Below, piece by piece: positions 21,332 through 29,722 of a DNA stretch of 64,000 nt. A program made the position numbers and the translations under genes. This DNA is from a virus. The notes under the pieces were generated by a model that was not told the origin of the DNA, made no database searches, and saw only the letters and a program-made list of their open reading frames with translations. The number at the start of each line of letters is the position of its first letter. Within the stretch, counting starts at the first letter, position 1. The DNA is taken from positions 1 to 64,000 of the IMG/VR virus record IMGVR_UViG_3300044712_000815; one strand, given 5' to 3'.

Positions 21332-21378
21332 TCGTATAATGGACACTGTAAATGTGGGTTCGAGTCCCACCTGGATCA
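21299..21378 (+). tRNA. D-armless tRNA-Arg(TCT)-like RNA
   Basis: GGTCTTG/CTGGATC acceptor, 7-nt connector, GGAGT-CTTCTAA-ACTCT, 24-nt variable region, GTGGG-TTCGAGT-CCCAC. Confidence 0.7.
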
Positions 21379-21476
21379 CAAAAATGAATGTTCACTTGTT
21401 CACGAAAAATAACCGTTCACGAAACGTGAACAAATGAATAAAATGAATAAAGAGTTCATTGACATATTGAATTTAT

Positions 21477-21549
21477 AGGGGATGGGACTGCTTGGTGTGG
21501 TCGCTGTACATACGGTACAGAGAGATGGCTTCGAAAACCATATCTTCTA
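21477..21549 (+). tRNA. Degenerate tRNA-like gene (TAC anticodon, A33, G3:U70 acceptor)
   Basis: AGGGGAT/ATCTTCT; GACT/GGTC D-stem; CTGTA-CATACGG-TACAG; imperfect T-stem. Confidence 0.5.
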
Positions 21550-21554
21550 CTATT

Positions 21555-21626
21555 GGGGGTTTAGTATAATGGCTATTACATCTGGTTTGCAACCACAAGA
21601 TACGAGTTCGATTCTCGTAACCTCCA
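21555..21626 (+). tRNA. tRNA-Ala(TGC)
   Basis: GGGGGTT/AACCTCC with G3:U70; one anticodon-stem mismatch. Confidence 0.8.
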
Positions 21627-21630
21627 CAAT

Positions 21631-21704
21631 GGGGCTGTAGTTCAGTTGGCTAGAACATCTGATTTGCATTCAGAAGATCGAGGGTTCGAGACCCTTCAGC
21701 TCCA
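21631..21704 (+). tRNA. tRNA-Ala(TGC)
   Basis: Canonical cloverleaf, G3:U70. Confidence 0.9.
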
Positions 21705-21709
21705 CAAAT

Positions 21710-21782
<73 letters not shown>

Positions 21783-21789
21783 CGGATAA

Positions 21790-21850
21790 AGAATATTAAC
21801 AGCAAATTAAAAACAATCAAATTTACATTTTGACTAAAAGAAATATTCTG
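21790..21850 (+). ncRNA. CAGCAA-scaffold RNA copy A, displaying a Val(TAC) anticodon stem-loop
   Basis: AGAATATT..CAGCAA..TCAAA-TTTACAT-TTTGA..AATATTCTG. Confidence 0.6.
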
Positions 21851-21868
21851 TTCTAAATTAAAATCTAA

Positions 21869-21938
21869 AGATTACATACAGCAAATTAAAAAAAGAAACA
21901 AACTTGTAAATTGTAAAATCTGAAAAAAATGTATTCTG
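21869..21938 (+). ncRNA. CAGCAA-scaffold RNA copy B, displaying a Thr(TGT) anticodon stem-loop
   Basis: AGATTACAT..CAGCAA..ACAAA-CTTGTAA-ATTGT..ATGTATTCTG. Confidence 0.6.
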
Positions 21939-21947
21939 TGGTTTTAT

Positions 21948-22019
21948 GCAGGTATAGCACAACGGTTAGTGTAAGAGATTTCCAATCTTTTGATGTGGGT
22001 TCGATTCCCACTACCTGCT
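21948..22019 (+). tRNA. tRNA-Gly(TCC)
   Basis: Canonical cloverleaf. Confidence 0.9.
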
Positions 22020-22084
22020 CAAACATAAGGCGTTGGTTTACGTGGTTAGTCTTTATCCATGTGCTTATGAAGAAAAAGACAAAT

Positions 22085-22170
22085 GCGAGTGTTGATCTAG
22101 TGGTCGATGACACCTGACTTCCAATCAGGTAAGCGAAAGCGCACCGTGGGTTCGAATCCCATCACTCGCT
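22085..22170 (+). tRNA. tRNA-Gly(TCC), long variable arm
   Basis: CCTGA-CTTCCAA-TCAGG; variable arm GC-GAAA-GC. Confidence 0.8.
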
Positions 22171-22214
22171 CGTGGGTTTAGACTTTTTAGACTTCGTATG
22201 GAAAAAAGTTAATT

Positions 22215-22287
22215 GCAAGATGAAGCTTAATTGGATGAAGTGCCTGATTACCAATCAGGAGAAGGGGTTCGACTCCCACATCTTGCT
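22215..22287 (+). tRNA. tRNA-Gly(ACC), weak T-stem
   Basis: GCAAGAT/ATCTTGC; CCTGA-TTACCAA-TCAGG. Confidence 0.65.
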
Positions 22288-22288
22288 C

Positions 22289-22362
22289 GTAAGTGTATAT
22301 CAATTGGTAGATAGTCACGTTGCCAACGTGAAGGTTTGCGGGTTCGAGTCCCGTTACTTACT
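22289..22362 (+). tRNA. tRNA-Gly(GCC)
   Basis: TCACG-TTGCCAA-CGTGA. Confidence 0.85.
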
Positions 22363-22368
22363 CAATAA

Positions 22369-22443
22369 GGGTGATTAGCTCAGTTGGTTCAGAGCGTTTG
22401 GTTTACACCCAAAGGGTCGGGGGTTCGACTCCCTCATCACCCA
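22369..22443 (+). tRNA. tRNA-Val(TAC)
   Basis: Canonical cloverleaf. Confidence 0.9.
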
Positions 22444-22449
22444 CCTTAT

Positions 22450-22535
22450 GTTCCCATAGTGTAATTGGATAAACATCTCACTCTTACAAAGTGAAGACGA
22501 GAAGTATAATACAGGTTCGAGTCCTGTTGGGAACA
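22450..22535 (+). tRNA. tRNA-Val(TAC), extended variable region
   Basis: TCACT-CTTACAA-AGTGA; 16-nt variable region. Confidence 0.8.
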
Positions 22536-22541
22536 CAATTT

Positions 22542-22629
22542 GCCGATGTCGCATAGTGGACTATTGCGCTTGCCTTGTAAGCAAGATACTGAAAGGTTTT
22601 AATCGGGGGTTCGAATCCCTCCATCGGCT
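22542..22629 (+). tRNA. tRNA-Thr(TGT), long variable arm
   Basis: CTTGC-CTTGTAA-GCAAG; ACT-GAAA-GGT arm. Confidence 0.8.
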
Positions 22630-22657
22630 CAACAATATATTATATATAAAGGAAAAA

Positions 22658-23275
22658 ATGAATATCGAAGAACAAAAGAATTTATGGAATAATCCAAATA
22701 ATTGGTCTAATGATGGTAATGAATGGTCAACATATTTTGGGACAACTGAAAATTTATGGAATATATTATATCCTAAATTTAAAAATTATATAATGGGTGA
22801 TGTATTGGAAATTGCACCAGGATTTGGCAGAATGACAGAATATTTATTAAGAAACACGAATGATTTAAGTATAATAGATTTGAATGATATATGTATCGAA
22901 AAATGTAAACAAAGATTTGATACTAGTATTAAGAATTATGTTGTTAATGATGGTAAAACATTGAATTTTAGTGATAATTATTTCGATTTTATTTTTTCAT
23001 ATGATTCGTTTGTGCATATGACAGAAGATGTTATAGAAAGTTACATATCGGAAATACACAGAACATTAAAAAATAATGGTTATGCTTTTATTCATCATTC
23101 ATTTTTTATGGGTGGTAGTGTTGATAAAGCAACGGAAAATATTGGGGGTAGATCAAATATGACACCAAGTCTTTTCAAAAATATAGTTGAAAAATATAAT
23201 ATGACAATTATATCACAAGAAGATTTTAGGGTTTCTGAACAAATAAATGATGCGATTTCAATTTTTAGAAAATAA
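22658..23275 (+). CDS. Class I SAM-dependent methyltransferase
   Basis: VLEIAPGFGR, FDFIFSYDSFVH, LKNNG; start moved to MNIEEQ because the track start lies inside a tRNA. Confidence 0.85.
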   Translation: MNIEEQKNLWNNPNNWSNDGNEWSTYFGTTENLWNILYPKFKNYIMGDVLEIAPGFGRMTEYLLRNTNDLSIIDLNDICIEKCKQRFDTSIKNYVVNDGKTLNFSDNYFDFIFSYDSFVHMTEDVIESYISEIHRTLKNNGYAFIHHSFFMGGSVDKATENIGGRSNMTPSLFKNIVEKYNMTIISQEDFRVSEQINDAISIFRK

Positions 23276-23279
23276 TTTT

Positions 23280-23352
23280 GCCGCAATAACTTTAATGGTA
23301 GAGTGCCACACTTGTAATGTGGAAGTTGGGGGTTCGAGTCCCTCTTGCGGCT
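23280..23352 (+). tRNA. tRNA-Thr(TGT)
   Basis: Canonical cloverleaf. Confidence 0.9.
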
Positions 23353-23356
23353 CTAA

Positions 23357-23429
23357 CGGGGTGTAATTCAGTTGGTAGAATGCGTGGTTTGGGTCCACGA
23401 TGCCGTCAGTTCGAGTCTGGCCACCCCGA
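23357..23429 (+). tRNA. tRNA-Pro(TGG)
   Basis: Canonical cloverleaf. Confidence 0.9.
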
Positions 23430-23448
23430 CAATTTTGGTTTTTAGATG

Positions 23449-24498
23449 TTAATTCAAATTATATTTTGCAAGTGTGACATCCCAAAGATCACTATTGATA
23501 AATTTTATAAGGTTTTTATTAATATTGTTTTCGATAGTTTTGTCACATTTCATACCGATACCATAATATTGTCGATCAAAAGTACTATTAGATAGGTGTA
23601 TTTTTTTAAGATTATTTTTCTTTATATAATATTTAAGAATTGGTGTATCATATACAAAAGTTTCCAAATTTTTACATTCTAAATCATTTAATGCTTCTTC
23701 GATACTATCATATCCAATGAATTTGATATTTTTTGAATTTAAATAATCCACTGCTGTGGTATTTAGAAATGATCCAACTTTTGTTTTATTTAATTGATTG
23801 ATATCTTCTAAGCCATTATCTAACCTATTTACAGTAATAGCAGATGAAATATTACCAATAAAAACTGAAGTGATTCCTAAAGAAATAAGCATCCATAAAA
23901 TTACTATAAGTTTACCTAGTTTAGTTTTTGCTGATTTATCACCAAATCCAACTGTGCTCATAACGACAGTGGCGAAGTAGAACGCATCATAAATACCAAT
24001 AGATACACTTTTATCAAAATCTGGATTATATTTATGTTCAACTAACCATATTAATATTCCAACTATAAAAATAATAAGTAATAAGGATAACACATATTTT
24101 AAAAAAGTAAGTGAAAAAATATTTGAAACTATTGACCAAAATGCAGATTTGGATAAATTTGAAGCTATACTAAGATCTGTTATATAAAAAGGTTGGGAAA
24201 AATTAATTTTATCCATTCGGGTATCACTAATTGTGATTGATCCAAGAATAATATCAAATTTATTTTTGCTAAGTTCATCAACCATTCCATTTATTGAACC
24301 ATCATAAATTTCATATACGTATTCGATATTTGATTCTTTGGCAATTCTTTCCCAAATATCAACGATAAGACCAGTATAGCTACCATTAACATCCATCATT
24401 ACGAATGGTGGCGAATCATACAATCCAACTTTAAGTGGTTCAGATTTTGTAGTTATTCCAATTAGAATAAGTGTGATAATTAGAATTAATTTTTTCAT
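23449..24498 (-). CDS. GluR0-like ligand-gated K+ channel (split solute-binding domain around a 2TM pore)
   Basis: Signal peptide, PPFVM..TGL..D, ITISDTR..FSQPFY, TM-STVGFGD-TM, then S2 lobe; start MKKLILII behind a TATATTTG promoter. Confidence 0.85.
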   Translation of the reverse strand: MKKLILIITLILIGITTKSEPLKVGLYDSPPFVMMDVNGSYTGLIVDIWERIAKESNIEYVYEIYDGSINGMVDELSKNKFDIILGSITISDTRMDKINFSQPFYITDLSIASNLSKSAFWSIVSNIFSLTFLKYVLSLLLIIFIVGILIWLVEHKYNPDFDKSVSIGIYDAFYFATVVMSTVGFGDKSAKTKLGKLIVILWMLISLGITSVFIGNISSAITVNRLDNGLEDINQLNKTKVGSFLNTTAVDYLNSKNIKFIGYDSIEEALNDLECKNLETFVYDTPILKYYIKKNNLKKIHLSNSTFDRQYYGIGMKCDKTIENNINKNLIKFINSDLWDVTLAKYNLN

Positions 24499-24571
24499 AT
24501 GTTTTTTTTTGTACAAATATAACAATTTTTTTGAAATAATTGGATAATATATAAAAAAAATTATTACATTT

Positions 24572-24645
24572 GCCGTCATAGCTTTAATTGGTAGAGTACC
24601 TGATTCGTAATCAGGATGTTGTGGGTTCGAGTCCCACTGACGGCT
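24572..24645 (+). tRNA. tRNA-Thr(CGT)
   Basis: Canonical cloverleaf. Confidence 0.9.
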
Positions 24646-24714
24646 CAATCAGATAGAATATTAGATTTGGTTATTTTTTGAAGTTCGAATATTTATATAT
24701 ACAAATAAAACTGT

Positions 24715-25587
24715 ATGTGTAAATGTAAAATATGTGGTAAAGAATGCAAAAATGTTAATGGAATAGCAAAACATCTAAACATACATAATATAGAATTATT
24801 AAAATATTATGTTAAATATGAAGATTTTGAAATACCAAAATGTATAATATGTGGAAAAGATGCAAAATTAAATAAAGGATTAAAATTTAGAAGAACTTGT
24901 AGTGATATATCTTGTGGTAACAAAACACATAAAATAATACATTCAACTGAAACAAAAATATTACTATCAGAAAAACGTAAAAAATATTTAAAATTAAATC
25001 CAGATAAACATCCTTGGAAACAAAAAGATAAACAATTATCTGTTCCATGTGAATTATTTAAAACAAAATTAAAAAATAATAATATCAATTATATTGAAGA
25101 ATATTCACCATTAGAAGATAGATTTTTTAGTATAGATATTGCGTTTCCTGATAAAAAAATAGGAATTGAAATTAATGGAAATCAACATTATGAAACAAAT
25201 GGAAAATTGAAAAAATATTATCAAGAAAGAAAAAATATAATAGAAAAAGGTGGTTGGAAATTGTATGATATTTATTATACTAAAGTTTATGATGATGATT
25301 TTTGTAATATCGTAATAAATAATTTAAAAAATAATAATTTAGGCTTAATAAATTATGAATTTATTAAATATACAAAAAATACAAATAAATGTGTAGATTG
25401 TAGTTGTGATATAAGTAATGGTGCTAAACGATGTAAAAAATGTAATATTTTAAATAGAATTAAAAATCGACCTAACATAGAACAATTAAAATTAGATATA
25501 ATAGAATTGGGATATTGTGGAACAGGAAGAAAATATAATGTTAGTGATAATGCGATAAGAAAATGGATAAATAGTCCCGTAGCTTAA
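24715..25587 (+). CDS. Putative homing endonuclease (zinc fingers, NUMOD3-like, PD-(D/E)xK/DUF559-like, HTH)
   Basis: IDIAFPDKKIGIEINGNQH; HSTETK..LS; 3' end overlaps tRNA-Arg. Confidence 0.75.
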   Translation: MCKCKICGKECKNVNGIAKHLNIHNIELLKYYVKYEDFEIPKCIICGKDAKLNKGLKFRRTCSDISCGNKTHKIIHSTETKILLSEKRKKYLKLNPDKHPWKQKDKQLSVPCELFKTKLKNNNINYIEEYSPLEDRFFSIDIAFPDKKIGIEINGNQHYETNGKLKKYYQERKNIIEKGGWKLYDIYYTKVYDDDFCNIVINNLKNNNLGLINYEFIKYTKNTNKCVDCSCDISNGAKRCKKCNILNRIKNRPNIEQLKLDIIELGYCGTGRKYNVSDNAIRKWINSPVA

Positions 25588-25645
25588 ACGGAAAAGCCAC
25601 AGATTTCTAATCTGTTGAGTATGAGTTCGAATCTCATCGGGATTA
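25573..25645 (+). tRNA. tRNA-Arg(TCT)
   Basis: Canonical cloverleaf ACAGA-TTTCTAA-TCTGT. Confidence 0.9.
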
Positions 25646-25648
25646 CTT

Positions 25649-25720
25649 GCGAGTGTAGCTCAGGGGTAGAGCATAACCTTGCCAAGGTTAGGGTCGTGGG
25701 TTCAATTCCCTTCACTCGCT
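25649..25720 (+). tRNA. tRNA-Gly(GCC)
   Basis: Canonical cloverleaf. Confidence 0.85.
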
Positions 25721-25965
25721 CAATGTGTAATTCATTAATTTGAATGTTGGAAAAAAGTAGTGGTACTGGATTCTTTTTTGGGTAAGGTAAAAGATGAAGT
25801 AATTATCATTAATAACTTACAAACACAATCGCAAGTGTTTTCGGTTAATATCCGACACATTTAAATCACATATGATCTAACTATAAAGAAACATAACTTA
25901 TGGACATTGTTAGGTTAATGGTTGCAGTAGATAAGAATAATTATGTTTCTTATGTGGTTTTATTT

Positions 25966-26044
25966 GCACCTGTAGTGGCGGGGTTTCCTAAACCTTATGT
26001 GCATAACGGAATGAAAAATGTGGGTTCGAATCCCACCTGGTGTA
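25966..26044 (+). tRNA. D-armless tRNA-Arg(CCT)-like RNA
   Basis: GCACCTG/CTGGTGT, 7-nt connector, GGGGT-TTCCTAA-ACCTT, 23-nt variable region, GTGGG-TTCGAAT-CCCAC. Confidence 0.7.
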
Positions 26045-26091
26045 CTAAAAATTCAATATGTTTTAAATAAAAAAGGTTTCAATATAAACCT

Positions 26092-26445
26092 TTAATTATA
26101 AGCTGAAAAATCGTAATTTATTTCAATAAATTTATCAATATCCATTTGGGGATCGAAACTATCACACAATTCTTGTATTGCATTAATATGATTATTAATC
26201 TTTTTAAGTATTTTAATTTTATCTTTTGTAAAGGATACAATTTGTCCGATATATTCTTCAATGTCTTCTGAAGTTTCAATTTCTTCTGATATTTCGAATA
26301 AAGAATCTTCTGGATTATCATAAAATTGCATAACTACCAATTCATCTATATCTGTACTGCCGTAAATTTCAACTTGAATAAAACAAGATTCTGATCCCAC
26401 AAAAACTTCAAACAGTAGATCATCATAAGTAAAAACACATTTCAT
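26092..26445 (-). CDS. Hypothetical acidic protein
   Basis: ORF track. Confidence 0.5.
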   Translation of the reverse strand: MKCVFTYDDLLFEVFVGSESCFIQVEIYGSTDIDELVVMQFYDNPEDSLFEISEEIETSEDIEEYIGQIVSFTKDKIKILKKINNHINAIQELCDSFDPQMDIDKFIEINYDFSAYN

Positions 26446-26585
26446 TTCTTTTAAAAATCTTGTTACCCAAAAAATTAGAATGTACCAACAAGTCCATATT
26501 TAATTCTTTCTTTTTTAATTGAGAATTATATATACTATAATTAAAATTTAAAAAAAAGTTTAATATTATATTTAATATATACTTA

Positions 26586-27041
26586 GTGAAAAATTATAAA
26601 ATGTTTGTTGAAAGTAATCGAGTTATAAAGGTATATCGTGGTGTTGGATCAATTATAAATGCAACATATGGTGGTATATCTGATGATGGTTTGGGTGTTT
26701 TTTGGACTGATAATTTAATTATGGCAAAATGGTTTGCTGGAATGGTTGAATATGATCCGGATAAGGGAAAATATGTTTCAATTAGAAATAGTGATGGTAA
26801 AATAATTGAATCAACTATACAATTTAATCATCCATATGTAATAGATTATTTTGATGAAGATGAAGATGAAGATTCTTTTCAAATATATATGAAAGAAATT
26901 GATGATATTGGTGGTGTTGAAAATTATAAAAATAAATTATTGAATGAAGGATATGATGGTATTGAATTAATTGGTAATACTACTAATTATTATAATAATG
27001 GAACATATAACATATACATTGAATTAAAAAATAATAATTAA
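26586..27041 (+). CDS. ADP-ribosyltransferase-like (ART-PolyVal type) protein, CTS-like N-terminus
   Basis: VYRG, GVFWTDN..AKWFA, GYDGI motifs. Confidence 0.55.
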   Translation: MKNYKMFVESNRVIKVYRGVGSIINATYGGISDDGLGVFWTDNLIMAKWFAGMVEYDPDKGKYVSIRNSDGKIIESTIQFNHPYVIDYFDEDEDEDSFQIYMKEIDDIGGVENYKNKLLNEGYDGIELIGNTTNYYNNGTYNIYIELKNNN

Positions 27042-27043
27042 AT

Positions 27044-27439
27044 ATGAAAAAAACGTTTAAATCATTTTTAAATGAAGAATCTGAAATAGATATGTATTAT
27101 CAATCTGATGATAAAATATGGAATGAATTTTTACAGCAATTGAAAATTTTAGCATTTCGATCAAATTATCAATTAGAAACGGAATTGGGATTTAATCCAA
27201 AAATAGTTATTGTATCAAAAACTATTGGTAGGGGATTTTGGTTTATTATATATCAATCTAGACAACATTTTTTAGAAGATATACCTTGGTTTTCTTCTAA
27301 TTTTTCAATAACAAATGTAAAGAGTTTTTTTGAATCTGAAATTAAACACATTAGTGGTATTAAGGGTAAAGATTTTACGATTGAAGAATTACTTCCGAAA
27401 TTTATTTTAACTAAGATGGATACAGAAAGAACATATTAA
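27044..27439 (+). CDS. Hypothetical protein, CTS-like N-terminus
   Basis: MKKTFKSFLNEE. Confidence 0.5.
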   Translation: MKKTFKSFLNEESEIDMYYQSDDKIWNEFLQQLKILAFRSNYQLETELGFNPKIVIVSKTIGRGFWFIIYQSRQHFLEDIPWFSSNFSITNVKSFFESEIKHISGIKGKDFTIEELLPKFILTKMDTERTY

Positions 27440-27441
27440 AA

Positions 27442-28152
27442 ATGATAAAAACATTTGAAAATTATAACGAATATTTGATGATTGAAAAATTGGAACTTCG
27501 ACCACTTTTTGATCAATTAAAAACATCTGTAAATAAAAAAATTGTAGCAACATTAATAGTTGGCAGTTTATTAGCAATTTTAAATCCTGTACAAGCTATA
27601 AATTATATTGAAAATAATTCAGAATTAAGTTCTAAAGATAAAAAAGAATTAGTAAAAGTTATTCCAAAATATAAAGACCCAACAGAAATGTTATTAAGTG
27701 CTGATGGATGGGATTTTATAAGAAAACATGAAAGATTCAGAGATCACGGATATAATTTGGGGGATGGTATGATTACTATTGGATTTGGTCATGCTGAACC
27801 ATATAAAACATCTAAATATAAATTAAATCAAAAAATTTCATTTGATGAAGCATATAGATTACATATACAAGATGTTAATATAGCAGCAGATGGGATAAAA
27901 CGAATGTTTGATGAATGGAAATCGAAAGGTATACATATTAAGATAACCCAAAATCAATATGATGTTTTGGTGGATATGGCATACCAAATGGGTGTTAGTT
28001 CATTAAGACAGACACCATTTATACAAGCTATAAAGCATTACGATTTACAAAAAGCAGCAAAATTATTGCGATCAACAGGGATTAACCCAAAATTTAAAAA
28101 AGGACACAATAAAAGAAGACAAATAGAATGGGAAAGATTTGTTTCTAATTAA
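27442..28152 (+). CDS. GH24 lysozyme-like protein
   Basis: FIRKHE..Y..GDG..TIGFGH, TQNQYDVLVD..YQMG, RRQIE. Confidence 0.85.
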   Translation: MIKTFENYNEYLMIEKLELRPLFDQLKTSVNKKIVATLIVGSLLAILNPVQAINYIENNSELSSKDKKELVKVIPKYKDPTEMLLSADGWDFIRKHERFRDHGYNLGDGMITIGFGHAEPYKTSKYKLNQKISFDEAYRLHIQDVNIAADGIKRMFDEWKSKGIHIKITQNQYDVLVDMAYQMGVSSLRQTPFIQAIKHYDLQKAAKLLRSTGINPKFKKGHNKRRQIEWERFVSN

Positions 28153-28201
28153 AAATGATATTAAAAAAAATATATATAAGAAAAAATAAAATAGTAAAAA
28201 T

Positions 28202-29722
28202 ATGAAAAAATTAAAAACATATGAAAATTTTTCAGAAGAATACAGATTGAACGAAAGTTTATTATCTATGGCATTGAATAAGATAGTAGAATTTTTTAAG
28301 AAAAAATTTTTAAATCACGCATGGTTATATTATAATCTTTTTTTGAAAAAAATAGGTAAAATGCCTAAATGGTTTGATATTTATGATCCATCACATGAAG
28401 ATGGTGTAGGTGTTCCATCAAAAGAAGAAGTCAAGTTAGCAATTAGTGAATCATATACAATTAATGGGTTTACTATTGAAAATATAAATGAAGATGTTGT
28501 GCAATTAAAATCTGATACTGAAGAAAATATTGATGCAGCAACTTTGAAACAAACAATATTGGATGTATATAATAAAAATAAAAGAAGGGTTGAAAAAGGT
28601 AAAGAAAGAAAAATGAATGATGCATTATTTATTTGGGGTGCTCCAGGTATAGGGAAAACATCAATAATTAAACAAGTTGTAAAAGAATTAGATATAAAAT
28701 TGGCAACTTGGCATCTAGCATCAACTGACCCAACTGATGTTAGGGGTATACCAACAATTCAAAATATGGAAGGAAGTAGTGACCCAAAAGATGAAAGAAC
28801 TGTAACTAAATTACCTGCTGCATTTCCAACATCAAATTGTGACAATGGAAAGGGTGGTATTTTGTTTTTTGATGAATTAAACCAAGCAAAACAAATGATT
28901 TTAGCAGCAGCACTTCCAATTATATTGGAAGGTGAAATTGGTGAATATGTTTTACCATCAATGTGGATAGTTATTGCTGCAGGAAATAGAGAAGAAGACT
29001 TAGCAGGTGGAGGTACAAGATTTGAAGCACCATTATCAAATAGGTTTAAGCATTTAAATTATGCACCTGAATTATTAACCGACTTTATTCCTTATGCTAT
29101 AACTAACGATGAAATGAATCCAGATGTTATTAGCTTTTTAACATTTAAACAAGAATATTTTCATAAATTAAATACCGATTCGGATAAAGTTACTAAAGCT
29201 TGGCCTAGTCCACGTAGTTGGGAATTAGCATCAAGCGATGAATATTTTAAAAGAGGTGATGATTGGGATAGTCGTCCATTATCTAGAGATACAATGATGC
29301 AAATTTATGCACCAAGAGTTGGTAGAGAAGCGGCAACAGCATTTTTAGCATATTTAGATTTAAAAGAATTTTTCAATGAAAATGATGTTAAAGATGTATT
29401 TACTAAAGGTGGCAAAGCTAGACCATTACCTAAAGATTTAGCACAATGTTTTGCTGCATCTGGGTCTATTGCAGGTTACAAAAAAGGTGAAAAATTAACA
29501 GAAAAAGAATTACAGAACTTTTTAGATTATACCGAAGTTCAAATGAATTCAGGAAATAAAGGATTGGAAACTGCAACACCATTGCTTGCTTGGATGAAAA
29601 CTATGCATCCAGATATTGCAGCCGATAATAAACTTAAAGAGATGTATATGGAATTTATAAAAAAATGGCATATTAAAATGGAAGATCTTGAAGATGTTGA
29701 TCCATTAAATAAAATTAAATAA
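28202..29722 (+). CDS. MoxR-like AAA+ ATPase
   Basis: WGAPGIGKT, ILFFDELN, AAGNR, LSNRF, SPRSW. Confidence 0.9.
   Translation: MKKLKTYENFSEEYRLNESLLSMALNKIVEFFKKKFLNHAWLYYNLFLKKIGKMPKWFDIYDPSHEDGVGVPSKEEVKLAISESYTINGFTIENINEDVVQLKSDTEENIDAATLKQTILDVYNKNKRRVEKGKERKMNDALFIWGAPGIGKTSIIKQVVKELDIKLATWHLASTDPTDVRGIPTIQNMEGSSDPKDERTVTKLPAAFPTSNCDNGKGGILFFDELNQAKQMILAAALPIILEGEIGEYVLPSMWIVIAAGNREEDLAGGGTRFEAPLSNRFKHLNYAPELLTDFIPYAITNDEMNPDVISFLTFKQEYFHKLNTDSDKVTKAWPSPRSWELASSDEYFKRGDDWDSRPLSRDTMMQIYAPRVGREAATAFLAYLDLKEFFNENDVKDVFTKGGKARPLPKDLAQCFAASGSIAGYKKGEKLTEKELQNFLDYTEVQMNSGNKGLETATPLLAWMKTMHPDIAADNKLKEMYMEFIKKWHIKMEDLEDVDPLNKIK

Noticed and set aside
21886-22378. Short ORFs at 21886, 21929 and 22172
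   Set aside because: They overlap clear tRNA genes.
24499-24648. N-terminal extension of the channel ORF
   Set aside because: Antisense to tRNA-Thr(CGT); the real start is the signal peptide at 24498.
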